Assembly (NCBI GenBank): GCA_003565945.1
Contig: PXAH01000133.1
Coordinates: forward strand, 1-53,795
Direction of reading: 5' to 3'
DNA from: Candidatus Omnitrophota bacterium
GTDB taxonomy: Bacteria; Omnitrophota; Gorgyraeia; Duberdicusellales; 4484-171
DNA length: 53,795 nucleotides
The notes under the pieces were generated by a model. The model did not search any database. It was not told the origin of the DNA and was given only the letters and a program-made list of their open reading frames with translations. Positions within the stretch are counted from its first letter, which is position 1. Each line of letters begins with the position of its first letter. Below, piece after piece: positions 53,709 through 53,795 of this stretch. A program made the position numbers and the translations under genes.

Positions 53709-53795
53709 AATTATAAGTGTACTACCCTACAGCTTACGGGTCAACAGTTAAAAACCTCTTTTAAAAACAGCTCCCGGAATGAAACAGCTTACTAC

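Overview
This is a 53.8-kb, visibly AT-rich bacterial chromosomal segment with extreme strand bias: all but 8 of about 57 protein genes, and all three tRNAs, are on the minus strand. Most of it is core housekeeping in classical syntenic blocks. These are tRNA-Thr/rpmG/tRNA-Trp/secE/nusG/rplK/rplA; an outer-membrane and lipid A block bamA-skp-lpxD-(lpxC-fabZ fusion)-lpxA-lpxI; dnaB after rpsF-ssb-rpsR-rplI; and pth-ctc-prs-glmU-tRNA-Gln-spoVG-ispE. There is also a split transketolase, hisG, and a spoVG2-dprA-comM-yraN operon. The host is therefore a diderm (LPS and BamA genes) with Firmicute-like gene order. I cannot assign a lineage from the sequence alone. The less ordinary content is as follows. 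(1) A tightly coupled plus-strand operon of three radical-SAM enzymes plus a GT2 glycosyltransferase, function unknown. (2) A family of modular palindromic intergenic elements inserted at four places inside housekeeping operons. (3) A 472-nt non-coding gap carrying four copies of a 17-nt inverted repeat and a GGA-rich purine tract. (4) A SpoVG paralog with a zinc ribbon inserted in a surface loop. (5) A 30-aa polybasic micro-ORF. (6) A duplicated 3' half of tRNA-Gln. (7) Two apparently leaderless plus-strand transcription units. (8) An ACGAAT/ATTCGT repeat array in the leader of an HD-GYP gene. (9) An orphan phage GemA-like gene. No CRISPR array, rRNA, transposase or recognisable defence system was seen. 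All calls rest on reading the sequence, the ORF track and remembered family signatures; no database search was run.
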